Below are positions 38,501 through 52,509 of a stretch of DNA of 64,000 bases, one piece after another. The notes under the pieces are model-generated. The model did not search any database. It saw nothing but the letters and a program-made list of their open reading frames with translations, and had not been told where the DNA came from. Origin of the DNA: Vitrella brassicaformis CCMP3155 (taxonomy: Eukaryota; Protista; Chromerida). Both the position numbers and the translations under genes were made by a program. Where the stretch lies: positions 95,361-159,360 of the forward strand of contig CDMY01000234.1 in the NCBI GenBank assembly GCA_001179505.1, given 5' to 3'. Each line of letters opens with the position of its first letter. Within the stretch, counting starts at the first letter, position 1.

Positions 38501-39601
38501 CAGAGCAGAGCAGTCAGTACACGCACACACACACACACGCACGCACGCACGACGCCCACACAGCACCCCCACTCCCCAACCTCCCCCCCTCCCCACCTGC
38601 ACAGGCGTATCAAAGTCAATCAACCGAGGAAAGCCATTCGATCAGCCATTCAGCCATTCGACAAGTAAGTCCTCCTCCTGTGCGCCCGCACCTAAAGGCC
38701 CGTGCAGCAGCAGAAGGGAAACACAACACAACACACACACAACACAGACATGCACAGTTACCTACCTAAGTGCCTATCGATGAGGCGGTATGGTTGCTCT
38801 GGGTGGGTGGCTGGGTTGGTGGGGCCACAGCCACGGATCTCTCGTCAGCGAGAGCGGGTCAGTCAGTCAATCAAAACCACCACACGAACAACACGAATAA
38901 CACGCACTCAGACGATAGACAGACAGAGAAAGAGAGAAAAAGACAACAGCGGCCGTCGATCAAATGAGTGAGTGAGTGGGTGGGTGAGTGGATGGATGGT
39001 GGGATGGGTGGTGGGATGGGTGTGTCGAGGCGAGAATGGAACCAAAAGCGTATGTATGTATGGGTGTGTTTGTGTGAGTGGTGTGGATGACACACACACG
39101 TGTGGTGTGCTGTGGTGCACTCATTAAGCCTAATCGTCTCAGAGCACCGCAAAAAGCGCTGTGAGCGAAATATATGGGAGAGAGAGTGGGAGAGAGCGAT
39201 GCGGTGGGTATTAAGCACTGCGATGGAGCGATTGGGTGTGGGTGTGGTGGGCTGTGGAGACACACATACACACACACACACATGCACATGGACATGCACA
39301 CGACCACACGACACGATGTGATTCGATGAACAGGTGGCTGCTCTGCTCTGCGCTGCGCTGCTCTGCTCTCTCTGAGCAAGTCAGTCGGTGTGTGTGTGTT
39401 GGGTAGGTCGGCAGGAAGCTAGGTACGTATGTAGGTATGCAGTCGGACGGAGGGAGGCACAAACCCTCCCTCCCTCCCTCATCGCTGCTCTCGTCTCACT
39501 CGCAAGAGCATCTCTACCCAACACACACACACACGCCGTATGTATAAGTACCGACAGACAGACAGACAGAAAGACCCTCGTTCGCCCAATCCCCCCCCCC
39601 C
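35600..39601. repeat. Microsatellite-rich non-coding tract
   Basis: (CA)n, (GACA)n, (CCCCG)n, (GCAGA)n and (TGAA)n runs; no recognisable coding signal. Confidence 0.6.
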
Positions 39602-39901
39602 NNNNNNNNNNNNNNNNNNNNNNNNNNNNNNNNNNNNNNNNNNNNNNNNNNNNNNNNNNNNNNNNNNNNNNNNNNNNNNNNNNNNNNNNNNNNNNNNNNN
39701 NNNNNNNNNNNNNNNNNNNNNNNNNNNNNNNNNNNNNNNNNNNNNNNNNNNNNNNNNNNNNNNNNNNNNNNNNNNNNNNNNNNNNNNNNNNNNNNNNNNN
39801 NNNNNNNNNNNNNNNNNNNNNNNNNNNNNNNNNNNNNNNNNNNNNNNNNNNNNNNNNNNNNNNNNNNNNNNNNNNNNNNNNNNNNNNNNNNNNNNNNNNN
39901 N
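39602..39901. other. Assembly gap (300 N)
   Basis: N run flanked by poly-C. Confidence 1.
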
Positions 39902-40092
39902 TCCCCAGCTCAAGAGGCAACACATCCTCCCTCCCTCCCTCCCTCCCTCCCGTAGGCACAGACAGACAACGCAACGAGGCAACCGAATAAAAAAGCGGCT
40001 CGGCTGCCCGATTGGTCGCCCGCTCGCATGCAACCCCCAATCCAGCCCTTGATTGATTTCATCCTCAGTCAGTCGCTCGATCACTCAGTCAC

Positions 40093-42562
40093 TCACACAG
40101 CGCTTAGAAAATCGCTCCACCCCTCGACCCCCTTGCGCGCCGCGTAGAGCAGCGCGTCGCACCCCCGAATCTGCTCCTCCAGGGCCGTCAGCACGTCCGC
40201 ATCCACAGTCGGCCCCACAGTGACGTTCTTCAGGCCACCCGACCCGCTCTCCACCGAGCTGCTGCTCAGCGTCGAAGACGTGTCGCTCAGCAGCTTGGTG
40301 TCCTCCTGCGGCCCCTTGCCGCTGCTGATGCTGATGCTGCTGATGGTGTCCTTCTGGTGGGTGTGGGTGTGGGTGTGGACGAGGCCCATGTAGCTGAAGC
40401 CGCCCCCGCCTCTGTTGCTGTGCTGTGGCGTGTGTCGCGGGCGGAGCGACGGTGAGTCGGGTGGCTGAAGGAGAGAGGGCGGGGTGGGCGGCTCTGGTGG
40501 GCCTGGCGGGGAGGGCAGCACACGATGTGTGGGGGGCACGAATGTTGGGTGCAGGGTCGATCTGTCGCCCTCAAAACCTGCACACACAATCAGACAATCA
40601 GATGGATGGATGGATGGCAAACAGGGGAGGGAGGGGCCATGTGCTGTGCTGCTGGGTGTGGTGTGTATGTTTGTGTGCGTGTGTACCGACCGAGTCTTGA
40701 TGTTTCTGAGAGTGTGGCGTTGGCCTGAAGCTCCTCTCGTGTGATCTCCTGCAGCCGCAGCCGAATGCTGCGCGCCTTCTGCATGGACGATTGCAGGTCA
40801 CGCGCACGCCGCTCACGGTCCAACAACTCGTCAATCGGCTGAGGACACACATACACACAAACACACACAGAAAGAGATGGGGCAATGTGTGGACTCACTC
40901 AGTGTGTGAGTGCGGGAGCTTCCCCACTCACCGTTGACCGCTTGCTCTTCTTGCCCTTTCCCTCGCCGTCCTTTTTTCTGCTGCCCCCGTCAGAGTCCCC
41001 CAGCATAGGCAAAGTGCCGCCACCTCCGGCCGCTGCCGCTCCCTCCCCCTTGCCGCCCTGCTCGCTGGCCCACGAGGCCACGAGCTCCCTCATGCTGCGG
41101 GTGATGCCCTGCCGCACCTGCCGGCGCATCGAGATGCTCTCGGCGCTGGGCGGGGCGGGCGGCAGCAAGGCGTCTTTTGACGATGAGTGGGAGATGAGCC
41201 CGGCCGACCACTCGTCGGATGGGCAGTAGCTGATGGAGATGACCGATGAGGGCGAGGGGGGGCAAAGGGAGGCCACGGGGGTCGTCACGCCCTGCTCTGG
41301 CGGTGTGCCGTGGGTCAAGGGGTGGGGGGTGTCTTCCCCGCCGCCACTCACACTGGCGAGGTTGGGCGCCGTCCGCTGGGAGCGCAGCGCCGCCTTCTTG
41401 TTGCTGCTGCTGCTGCTGCCCAGCATGTTCATGTCGGAGAGGCTCTCGACGGTGCTGCCGCTGCTGACGAGCCGCCGCAGTGTCGTGTCCCCACTGCGCC
41501 TGGTGCTGCCGGAGCTGTCCTTCTCTTTCTGCGATTGCGATTGGTGAAGGCGGAAGTAGGGCGAGTGGCTGTGGTAGCGCAGCAGCTCCTCGCGCGCCTT
41601 GAGCTTGGCGCGTTTGTCCTCAAGGTAGCGCCGCTGGTAGTGGCCGATGACCTTGAGGTTCTTGCACAGCGACTTGTGCAGCGCCTGGGACACCTGCACG
41701 CCCACACGGCTGTCCCACGAGGGCTGCGACGCCACCGCGCCCGCCTGGCCCGGCTCGATAAGAGGCGGCTCGTTGACCGGAGAAGCGCACTGGCGGCGCT
41801 TCTCCCTCCAGCACACGGCTGTCAGCTCGAGAGTGGGGTCGACCCCACTCACCGTGTAGGTCCGCTGCGATCTCCGCTCGAAGAGGACGGCTGACGAGGT
41901 GGGTGGGGAGGGGAGGGGTGTGTCGTCAGATGACGGGAGGGGGTGGTCGGGGGCCGACTTGACAGTGTCCTGGCTGAGCAGGAGCATGTCGTCGTCAGTG
42001 CATGAGGGCATGCGATGGAGGTCGGCGAGCGGCGAGATGGACACGTCGGCATCGCTCTCGGCGGCGCTCTCCAGCCCGTGTGGGGGGCGGTGTGACTGCG
42101 AGGGCGAGGTGGGTCTCCGCCGCAGCCATGACAGCAGGAAGGGGAACACCTTCTTGCGATTCCGCTTCTTGCGCCGATTCGCAGGCAGCGGATAGCCGTC
42201 ATGGTGGTGGTGGCTCGAGGAATCGGCCCGTGGAAAGGGCAGACACGCAGCAATTCTGACCATACACCCACACCCACACACACAAGCAGTCAGTGAGTGA
42301 GATGGCGGGTTAGGCAACCTTGCTTCTCTGCCCTGGTGTCCCTCGCTGACCTGAATGGCGGAGGTGCCTGGCTTGCGCTTGCCGTCGACACCTCACTGGC
42401 GTAGTCGTGCGTGGTGGCTAACGAGCCCGACGCCGTCGATGCTGTCGAGGTGCGTTGGGTGAGTCTGTCGAAGTGTTTGCCCAGGTCGGCATCATGATAG
42501 GGCGGGCAGTGGCAGTAGGACGGCGAGACACCGGACTGCTGAACGAAGCGGAACGAGTCCAT
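40093..42562 (-). CDS. Hypothetical Ser/Pro-rich protein with predicted coiled coil
   Basis: A long open exon (about 40930-42230) plus spliced exons PIDELLDRERRARDLQSSMQKAR... and ...EEQIRGCDALLYAARKG...*. No family recognised. Confidence 0.6.
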
Positions 42563-42905
42563 GCCGGACAGCTAGAGCAGCGGCCCTGCTGCCGCCGGAG
42601 GTGGCGGAGCGGAAGTAGAGAGATCCAGGGTGCAGCGGCTGCGATAGAGGCTGCGATGGTGCGATAGATCAGCAGGGCTAGGCTTTGTCAAGCCGCTTGA
42701 GAGATGCGAGCCTACTAAGAAGTGTAGCTCGCAGTGGGAGAGGGGAGAAAGAAGAGGAAAGAGGAGGAAGGAGGAGCCCTCCTGAGCATCGCGTCAGGAG
42801 CTACTTATCCACCAAAATCCGCCAGGCGTTCGGTGCCTCCCCAATCTCTCTCCCCTCAGCCCCATCACTGCAGCCCGGCTCCTTCAATTGGCTCCTTCCG
42901 GCAAG

Positions 42906-44780
42906 ATGTCTTCCACATCCACATGCAAGGTGGCCGTCTTTTCTGCCAAAGGTCAGCCAGCCTTCGCCTCCTCGTGTTTGGCAGTCACGCCTGAGGCTCC
43001 CCTTTCTCTCGATCAATCGCCACCTTTCTGCTCTCCATGTCTGTTGCCAGTCTACGACAGGGCGTCGTTGACGCAGCAGCTGAGCCTCCTCGGCCACAAC
43101 ATCGAGTTCACCTTCCTCGAACCACGCCTCACGCCCGTCAGCCTGACCATCCAACCATATGTGGGGGCCGGGCACAAACGACGCTTTCGGCTATGTCTTT
43201 TCAGGCCACTGTGAGTCTTGCGAAGGGGTTCAGTGTGGTCTGTGCGTTCATCAATGACGTCATCAACGAGGAGGTGCTCAAAGAGCTGGACAAGCTGGGA
43301 ATCCGTCAGGTGGCCCTCAGATGTGCCGGCTTCAACAACGTCGACTGTATGCGTAGCGCAGCACTGACATCCACTGACTCAAGGCGATGTCTCTCTGCCT
43401 CTCTCTCTCTCTCTCTGTGTCTGTGTGTGTCTATGTCCAGTGGTAGCGGCTGAGAAGTGGAAGATAACAGTGTGTCGAGTGCCGGCCTACTCGCCCTACG
43501 CCGTGGCCGAGCACGCCGTCGGACTCGTAGGCATATCACTTTGCAAACGCAGTGGTCACATTTTGACAGTCTCGGTCTGCTCTTACAGATGATTTGCCTC
43601 AACAGAAATCTCCACAGAGCATTTTCCCGTAAGCCCCCCAAGCGGAACACAATACTGCACGGATGCCTATCTCTCTCTCCCTCTCTGTGTGTGTCTGTGT
43701 GTCTCTGTGTGATGTTTCAAAGGTGTCCGTGACGGCAACTTCTCGATCAACGGTCTGCTGGGGATGGATTTCCACGGCAAGACGTTCGGCTTCCTCGGGA
43801 CGGGCAGGATCGGATTCCTCACCGCCCGTATCTGCAGCGGATTCGGATGCAACATACTCGGTACACACGCAATGCAGCCCAGCAGTGGGTCCATCCGCCA
43901 ATGGGTGTGTGTGTGTGTGTGTGCAGGGTGTGATCCGTATAAGAATGCCGACTTTGAGAAGCTGGGCGGCAAGTACGTCGAGATGGACGAGCTGCTGGCG
44001 ACGTCGGACATTATTTCGCTGCACTGCCCCCTCACGCCCGAGAGTCACCATCTGATCAACGAAAAGACCATTGCCAAAATGAAACCAGGGGCCGTCATCG
44101 TCAATACGTCACGAGGTACGTCCCAGAAAGACACATAGAGACACAAAGACACGTACACATCGAGGCGATATACCGCTTTCTGTCTTGGTCGCTCTTTCAG
44201 GCCCCCTGATCCACAGCAGAGACATGATCGAAGGACTGAAGTCGGGAAAGGTGCTCTCTTTTTTAGATTCAATTCGACGTGTCTCGATGTCTTCATGCCT
44301 CCTCTCTGTGTGTCTGGATAGGTCGGCGGTTTGGCGATTGATGTCTACGAGGACGAGGAGGAGATATTCTTCGAAGATCTGTCCAGCGAGGTGCTCCAGG
44401 ACGACACCATTGCCCGGCTTCTCACGTTTCCCAACGTCATGATCACTGCGCACCAGGTGGGTGGTTGCAGGCAGGAATCCTTTACCACACACACAAAGAC
44501 ACAGAGACACCGAGGGCAAATCTGTCTGTCTGCCTGTCTCTGTCTGTCTGTCTGTCTGTGCGCGTAGGCATTCTTCACCAAGGAGGCTCTGGAGGCGATA
44601 GCCAAGGTGACGATCGGCAACATCGCCTCGTTCGACGGCCAGACGAGCGACGACTCGTGGAAGCAGAACCAGGTCAAGAACCAGACGCACCGCCGACCCT
44701 CAAAGGAATCAATCGACGTGAAAGAGACAAAGATGGGCCATGCACGGCCACCCAGTTCACCTTGCGTTGTACTGCGCTGA
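42906..44780 (+). CDS. ldhA: NAD-dependent D-lactate dehydrogenase (LdhA-like D-2-hydroxyacid dehydrogenase), copy 1
   Basis: KVAVFSAK|..[11 protein letters not shown]|[18 protein letters not shown]|[42 protein letters not shown]|AFFTKEAL. Confidence 0.93.
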
Positions 44781-44838
44781 TATGGTCTGCTCTGATCCGG
44801 GCTATACTGAGTAGCAGTACAGTCTATGCTCATCGATG

Positions 44839-45100
44839 GATGGCACTAAGTGCTTTGTGCCTAAGACTCTGATTGGACGGGCAGTGCGGACGAGCAAGAG
44901 ACTGTGTGCTTTGTGGCCAAAGGCCTTTGACGACTGAGGAATCCGATGTTGTCAAGCCTGCATCGCGAAACCGCCCTGAAAGCAAGCCAAAGCGGAAGTC
45001 CCTTAAATATCGAGTTCGGGCGTCGACCCTCAAAGTCAGTGAGTGGCCCCAGTCTCTCCCCTCAGCCCCATCCTAGGCCCCATCACTGCAGCCGGCTCCT
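44839..45100 (+). promoter_or_regulatory. Upstream region of L-LDH, homologous to the D-LDH2 upstream region
   Basis: Blocks gatggcactaagtgctttgtgc, taagactctgattggacgg (reverse CCAAT), gcaagagactgtgtgcttt, aaaccgccctgaaagcaagccaaag and gagtggccccagtctct..cagccccatc..actgcagccgg occur in the same order at 47659-47950. Confidence 0.8.
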
Positions 45101-45152
45101 TGGGGCAGTTGTTTGAGTCGCCATAGGGTCAGGTTGCTCGAGTTCGCCCACC

Positions 45153-47547
<2,395 letters not shown>

Positions 47548-47658
47548 AGGCCCGTGGAGACTGTATTACGGTCATCCCAACCATACGACACGGCTTAGTC
47601 GTAGTCACCCCTTTCTTTCGCGCCTGATGAATGGCTGATCGAATTTTGCGGCATGATC

Positions 47659-47950
47659 GATGGCACTAAGTGCTTTGTGCTCAGTAAGACTCTGATTGGA
47701 CGGGTAGGGGGGGGGGGCAAGAGACTGTGTGCTTTAGGGGAAGGCGTGACCGACTCGGAGCGGAGCAGGGCCATGGGCGAGCTAGTTGTCAAGCTTGCAA
47801 ACCGCCCTGAAAGCAAGCCAAAGTAGGAAGCCCCATTAAAATCGACTTCGGGGCGTCGCGGGCAAGTGAATCGCCTCGTCACATAGTAGGTAGTAGTGCC
47901 GAGTGGCCCCAGTCTCTCTCCCCTCAGCCCCATCACTGCAGCCGGTTCCT
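47659..47950 (+). promoter_or_regulatory. Upstream region of D-LDH2, homologous to the L-LDH upstream region
   Basis: Same ordered blocks as 44839-45100. The proximal ~45 bp is also present at 42841-42883 before D-LDH1. Confidence 0.8.
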
Positions 47951-47958
47951 CGGGCAAG

Positions 47959-49803
47959 ATGTCTTCGGCCACATCGACTTGCAAGGTGGCCGTCTTTTCT
48001 GCCAAAGGTGGACCTTGCCTCCCCTCACCTCACCTTCCCTCGAAGTTCTCACTTACCCAATGATCCGACTGTCCCCCATCTCTGACTTAACGTCTTTCTG
48101 CTCTCTACTGTTGCAGCGTATGACAATGCGTCGTTCACTCAGCAACTGAGCCTCCTCGGCCACAAGATCGAATTGGAGTTCTTCGAACCACGCCTCACGC
48201 CCGTCAGCCACACCAATGGATCGAGGGAACACAGACAAACAAGCAGGTGTGTCCGTATCTGTGTGTGTGTGCAGGCCACTGTAGGTCTTGCGAAGGGCTT
48301 CAATGTGGTGTGTGTTTTCATCAACGACACGGTCAATGAGGAGGTGCTCAAAGAGCTGGACAAGCTGGGAATCCGTCAGGTGGCCCTCAGATGTGCCGGC
48401 TTCAACAACGTCGACTGTACGCACAATCTGCACAGCATCGCTGAGGCACTCGCTGACTCAAGGCGATGTCTCTCTTGTTGCCTCTCTCTATATTGTGTGT
48501 CCAGTGGTAGCGGCTGAGAAGTGGAAGATAACAGTGTGTCGAGTGCCGGCCTACTCGCCCTACGCCGTGGCCGAGCACGCCGTCGGACTCGTAGGCATAT
48601 CACTTTGCAAACGCAGTGGTCACATTTTGACAGTCTCGGTCTGCTCTTACAGATGATTTGCCTCAACAGAAATCTCCACAGAGCATTTTCCCGTAAGCCC
48701 CCCAAGCGGAACACAATACTTCGCGGACCCTCTCCCTTACTGTGTGTATGCCTGTGTGTCCCTGTGTGATGCCTTTAAGGTGTCCGTGATGGCAACTTCT
48801 CGATCAACGGTCTGCTGGGGATGGATTTCCACGGCAAGACGTTCGGCTTCATCGGGACGGGCAAAATCGGGTTCCTCACCGCCCGCATCTGCAGCGGATT
48901 CGGATGCACCATACTCGGTACACACGCAATGCAGCCCAGCAGTGGGTCCATCCGCCAATATGTGTGTGTGTGTGTGGGTGTGTGCAGGGTGTGATCCGTA
49001 CAAGAATGCCGACTTTGAGAAGCTGGGCGGCAAGTACGTCGAGATGGACGAGCTGCTGGCGACGTCGGACGTTATCTCACTGCACTGCCCCCTCACGCCC
49101 GAGAGTCACCATTTGATCAACGAAAAGACCATTGCCAAACTGAAACCAGGGGCCGTCATCGTCAATACGTCACGAGGTGCGGCAGACAAATCCACATGGA
49201 AAAAGACAGACCGACAGCTTTGTTGTCCTTCCTTGTTCGCTATATCAGGTCCCCTGATCCACAGCAAAGACATTATCAAAGGACTCAAGTCGGGAAAGGT
49301 CCGCTGCGTGTGGATTCTCTCAGACGTGTCTCACTTAGCCCATGTCTCTGTCACTCCCCTCTCTCTGTGTGTAGGTCGGCGGTTTGGCGATTGACGTGTA
49401 CGAGGACGAGGCGGACATTTTCTTCGAAGATCTGTCCAGCGAGGTGCTCCAGGACGACACCATTGCCCGGCTGCTCACATTTCCCAACGTCATGATCACT
49501 GCGCACCAGGTGGGTGTCACTGACTGCAGACCAGAACCCCTTGCCATACACACAGAGACACAGAGACACCGACGGCAAGTCTGTCTGCCTGTTTGTGTGT
49601 GCGCGTAGGCATTCTTCACCAAGGAGGCTCTTGAGGCGATAGCCAAGGTGACGATCGGCAACATCGCCTCGTTCGACGGCCAGACGAGCGACGATTCGTG
49701 GAAGCAGAACCAGGTCAAGAACCAGACGCACCGCCGACCCTCAAAGGGGGCCATCGACCCCAAGGAAACACACATGGGCCATGCACAGCCCGCCGCTAAG
49801 TGA
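47959..49803 (+). CDS. ldhA: NAD-dependent D-lactate dehydrogenase, copy 2
   Basis: Same exon structure and motifs as copy 1, with few substitutions; different C-terminal tail (...MGHAQPAAK*). Confidence 0.93.
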
Positions 49804-50087
49804 GCTGTAGAGTCAAGTAGTAGACTGCACTATACACGTACTTACTGCACTGGACTGAATGCGTCTGCAAAAGGCGGACTTTGATTCATTAGTGCACACA
49901 GACACGAATTCCTTGATTAGATGCGCACATTCAGACACGTGGGGATGGAGGGTTGGGTGAGAGGGGGTTTTTGCTGTGTTGGGGGATTTTGATGCTTGGG
50001 GGGGTCGATGATGATGAAGGGACGTGCAGAAAGGCCGTGGTAATGTTTGCACAGTAATTTCTGTGGTCATTACATGGGGAGGGGGAG

Positions 50088-50124
<37 letters not shown>

Positions 50125-50558
50125 CAACAGTAGACTGGCGCCGAATGTTCGATAGTCTGTCTTCGTCGAGAGAGACCGTTTTGTCATTCAAGCACCGCGG
50201 AGGTGCACTGAGTCACATATTATGTCTCCCATTCGAATTCATTCACACAAGCCGACACGCTTTCTGTCCTTTAATCCCCCTCGAGTGGCCTGGGCAACGA
50301 GCCAGCACGACGCAACACGAAAACAGTGGCATCACGACTTGCTCCTCTGGCGAGGAAACCGTTGCGCACGTGAGTCAGCAGCCCCTCTTTGACCCAGGTG
50401 ACTCAGGCGGGTCAGATCTTAAAGAAGCAGGTCCAAAATTAACAGTGCAAATGGTAGATCCATGGTCTGCAGCGTCACATGTGACCAGAAACGAAGGCGG
50501 TAAACCGACGTGGTCTTCACCAAGCCGCTCAGAGTTGCGAGCTTGTAGGGAAAAGTGA

Positions 50559-51393
50559 ATGCATCGCCTTTCGTTCTTCATCACTTTCCTCGCTCATTCG
50601 TTCAGCCGCCAAGTTGAAGGCACCTGCTTCATCGGCACCCGGGCCTTTGTGAAACCTGTGACTCTGTCGGCGTCGTCACGGGCTGCAGGCATGTCAACAG
50701 CGCTGCTCGACAACTGGTCCCTGGAGCAGGAGGGCGGCGACGCATCAAACACGCCAGAACTCAGTGAGATCACACACGAACAAACAGCAGCAGGACAGAG
50801 AGAGATGTGCGCGTTGATTGTCTGTCTGACTGTTCGATGTGGCGGTGAAGGTGACGGCTATGGAGGCAGCGGGCTCACTTACCCCCCCGGCGGAGAATAC
50901 AAAGCCACATGTAAAAAGGAGAGGCAGGCAAAGATCACACACACGGGGTGGCCTGGCCCATCCATCGGTCTTGCTGTTGCTATCCATCCATCAGTGATAT
51001 GGCTGCACGGCCTGGGCGACACAGCACGTGGCTGGGGCCCCCAGCTGGCCGACCTGCTTCGGCGCAACAAGGGCACTGAGCTCGATCACGTCAAGCTCAT
51101 CTTGCCCACCGCGCCCACGAGGCGCGTCACACTGGTCGGCCACGCACAACACCAGACAGCACGGCAGGGCAACTCACGAGGCATGATTCGAACACATGCA
51201 GAATTTTGGCATGGCGATGCCAGCATGGTGGGACATCAAGGGTCTGAACCCCGACCAGGCTGACGTGCCGGAGCACCTCGACGAGTGCCTCGCCCGCCTG
51301 ACCAAGATCATCGATGGGGAGAAAGACAAACCCGTCGTCATCGGTGAGCAAATGACAACAACTGACAGGCGAGGAAGCAACGATTCCATTCCG

Positions 51394-51427
<34 letters not shown>

Positions 51428-51980
51428 GTGGTTTCTCGCAAGGCGGTGCGCTGGCGGTTCACACGGCATTGAACTACGGGTCGTCTGAGGCCGTCAAGGC
51501 GTGTGTGGGTCTGTCGTCGTGGCTGCCGGTGGCCTCGTCATACGACGGCAACACTGACAAGGTGGAGGCCATCAAGAGGAAGCAGCTGCCAATGCTCATG
51601 TGCCATGGCACCGGTAACACAGTCCGGGCGCAATACAAGGCACTGCGCAACACCGACCTACGCACAAAGATCCATCGTATGGTGCGTATATTGATTGTAT
51701 ACATTTGGTGTGTGGCATACAGCTGACCAGGTGGTTGCATTCGATTGGGGCGTGAGGAGCAGGGACTTCCTCATCAAGACACTCGGCGTGGACGTGCAGG
51801 TCGGCCGGCCACTCATTCACATCTATCAAACAGTCTGCTCACCTCACCCTTTTGGACTGACGTCTTTGGGCGTGTGTGTGTGTGTGTGTGCAGTGGGAGA
51901 CGCTGAATGGTGTTGGCCACGGCTCGAGTGAAGATGAGATGCGCTCTGTGGCCAACTTCCTGCAGAGGGTCCTCAGCTAG
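50559..51980 (+). CDS. Phospholipase/carboxylesterase (acyl-protein thioesterase-like) with N-terminal extension
   Basis: IWLHGLGDT, LILPTAPTRRVTL|NFGMAMPAWWDI, nucleophile G|GFSQGG, HGT|ADQVV (Asp), GVGHGS (His). Confidence 0.9.
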
Positions 51981-52509
51981 CAGCCCCGTCGCTACCCTGG
52001 TGCGAAGTGTATCATATGATAGAAGGTGCGTAATGCGGCTAAAGCACAATGAATTCATTCATTTCTGCAATCAATCAGCCAGTAGTTTTGACTGACACGT
52101 CACGTGTGTGCGTGCAACCTCCTGTGTGCTGTGTGTGTGTGCGCTGATGTTGGCACACCACACCCAGCCTGAGTGTTTTGACTGACTAGCTTCCACGACA
52201 TGATTGCCTGCCTGCCGAAGAAGCACAGACAGCACCAACATGCTCCCTGTGTGTTGGTTCATCCGTCCATCCGTCCGTCCGTCCACTCATTCGGAGAGTC
52301 CGGCAGCATAGCATGTGCATCCAATACGCTCGTGTCACTCATCCCATGCAATCAATCACCCACCGTCAGTCGAATAATTCACTTGTACGCCCACATACCA
52401 ACACCCCCCACACCCACACCCACACCCACGTGCATGTTCGCAGCTATACATCCCGCCACACCCCCACCCACCCACCCATTGCACCGAATTCTGTGTGTCT
52501 CTCCCTCTC

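Noticed and set aside
28700-39600. Numerous 60-300 aa ORFs rich in CV/HT/DR/PS repeats
   Set aside because: They are translations of microsatellites, apart from the KH gene exons.
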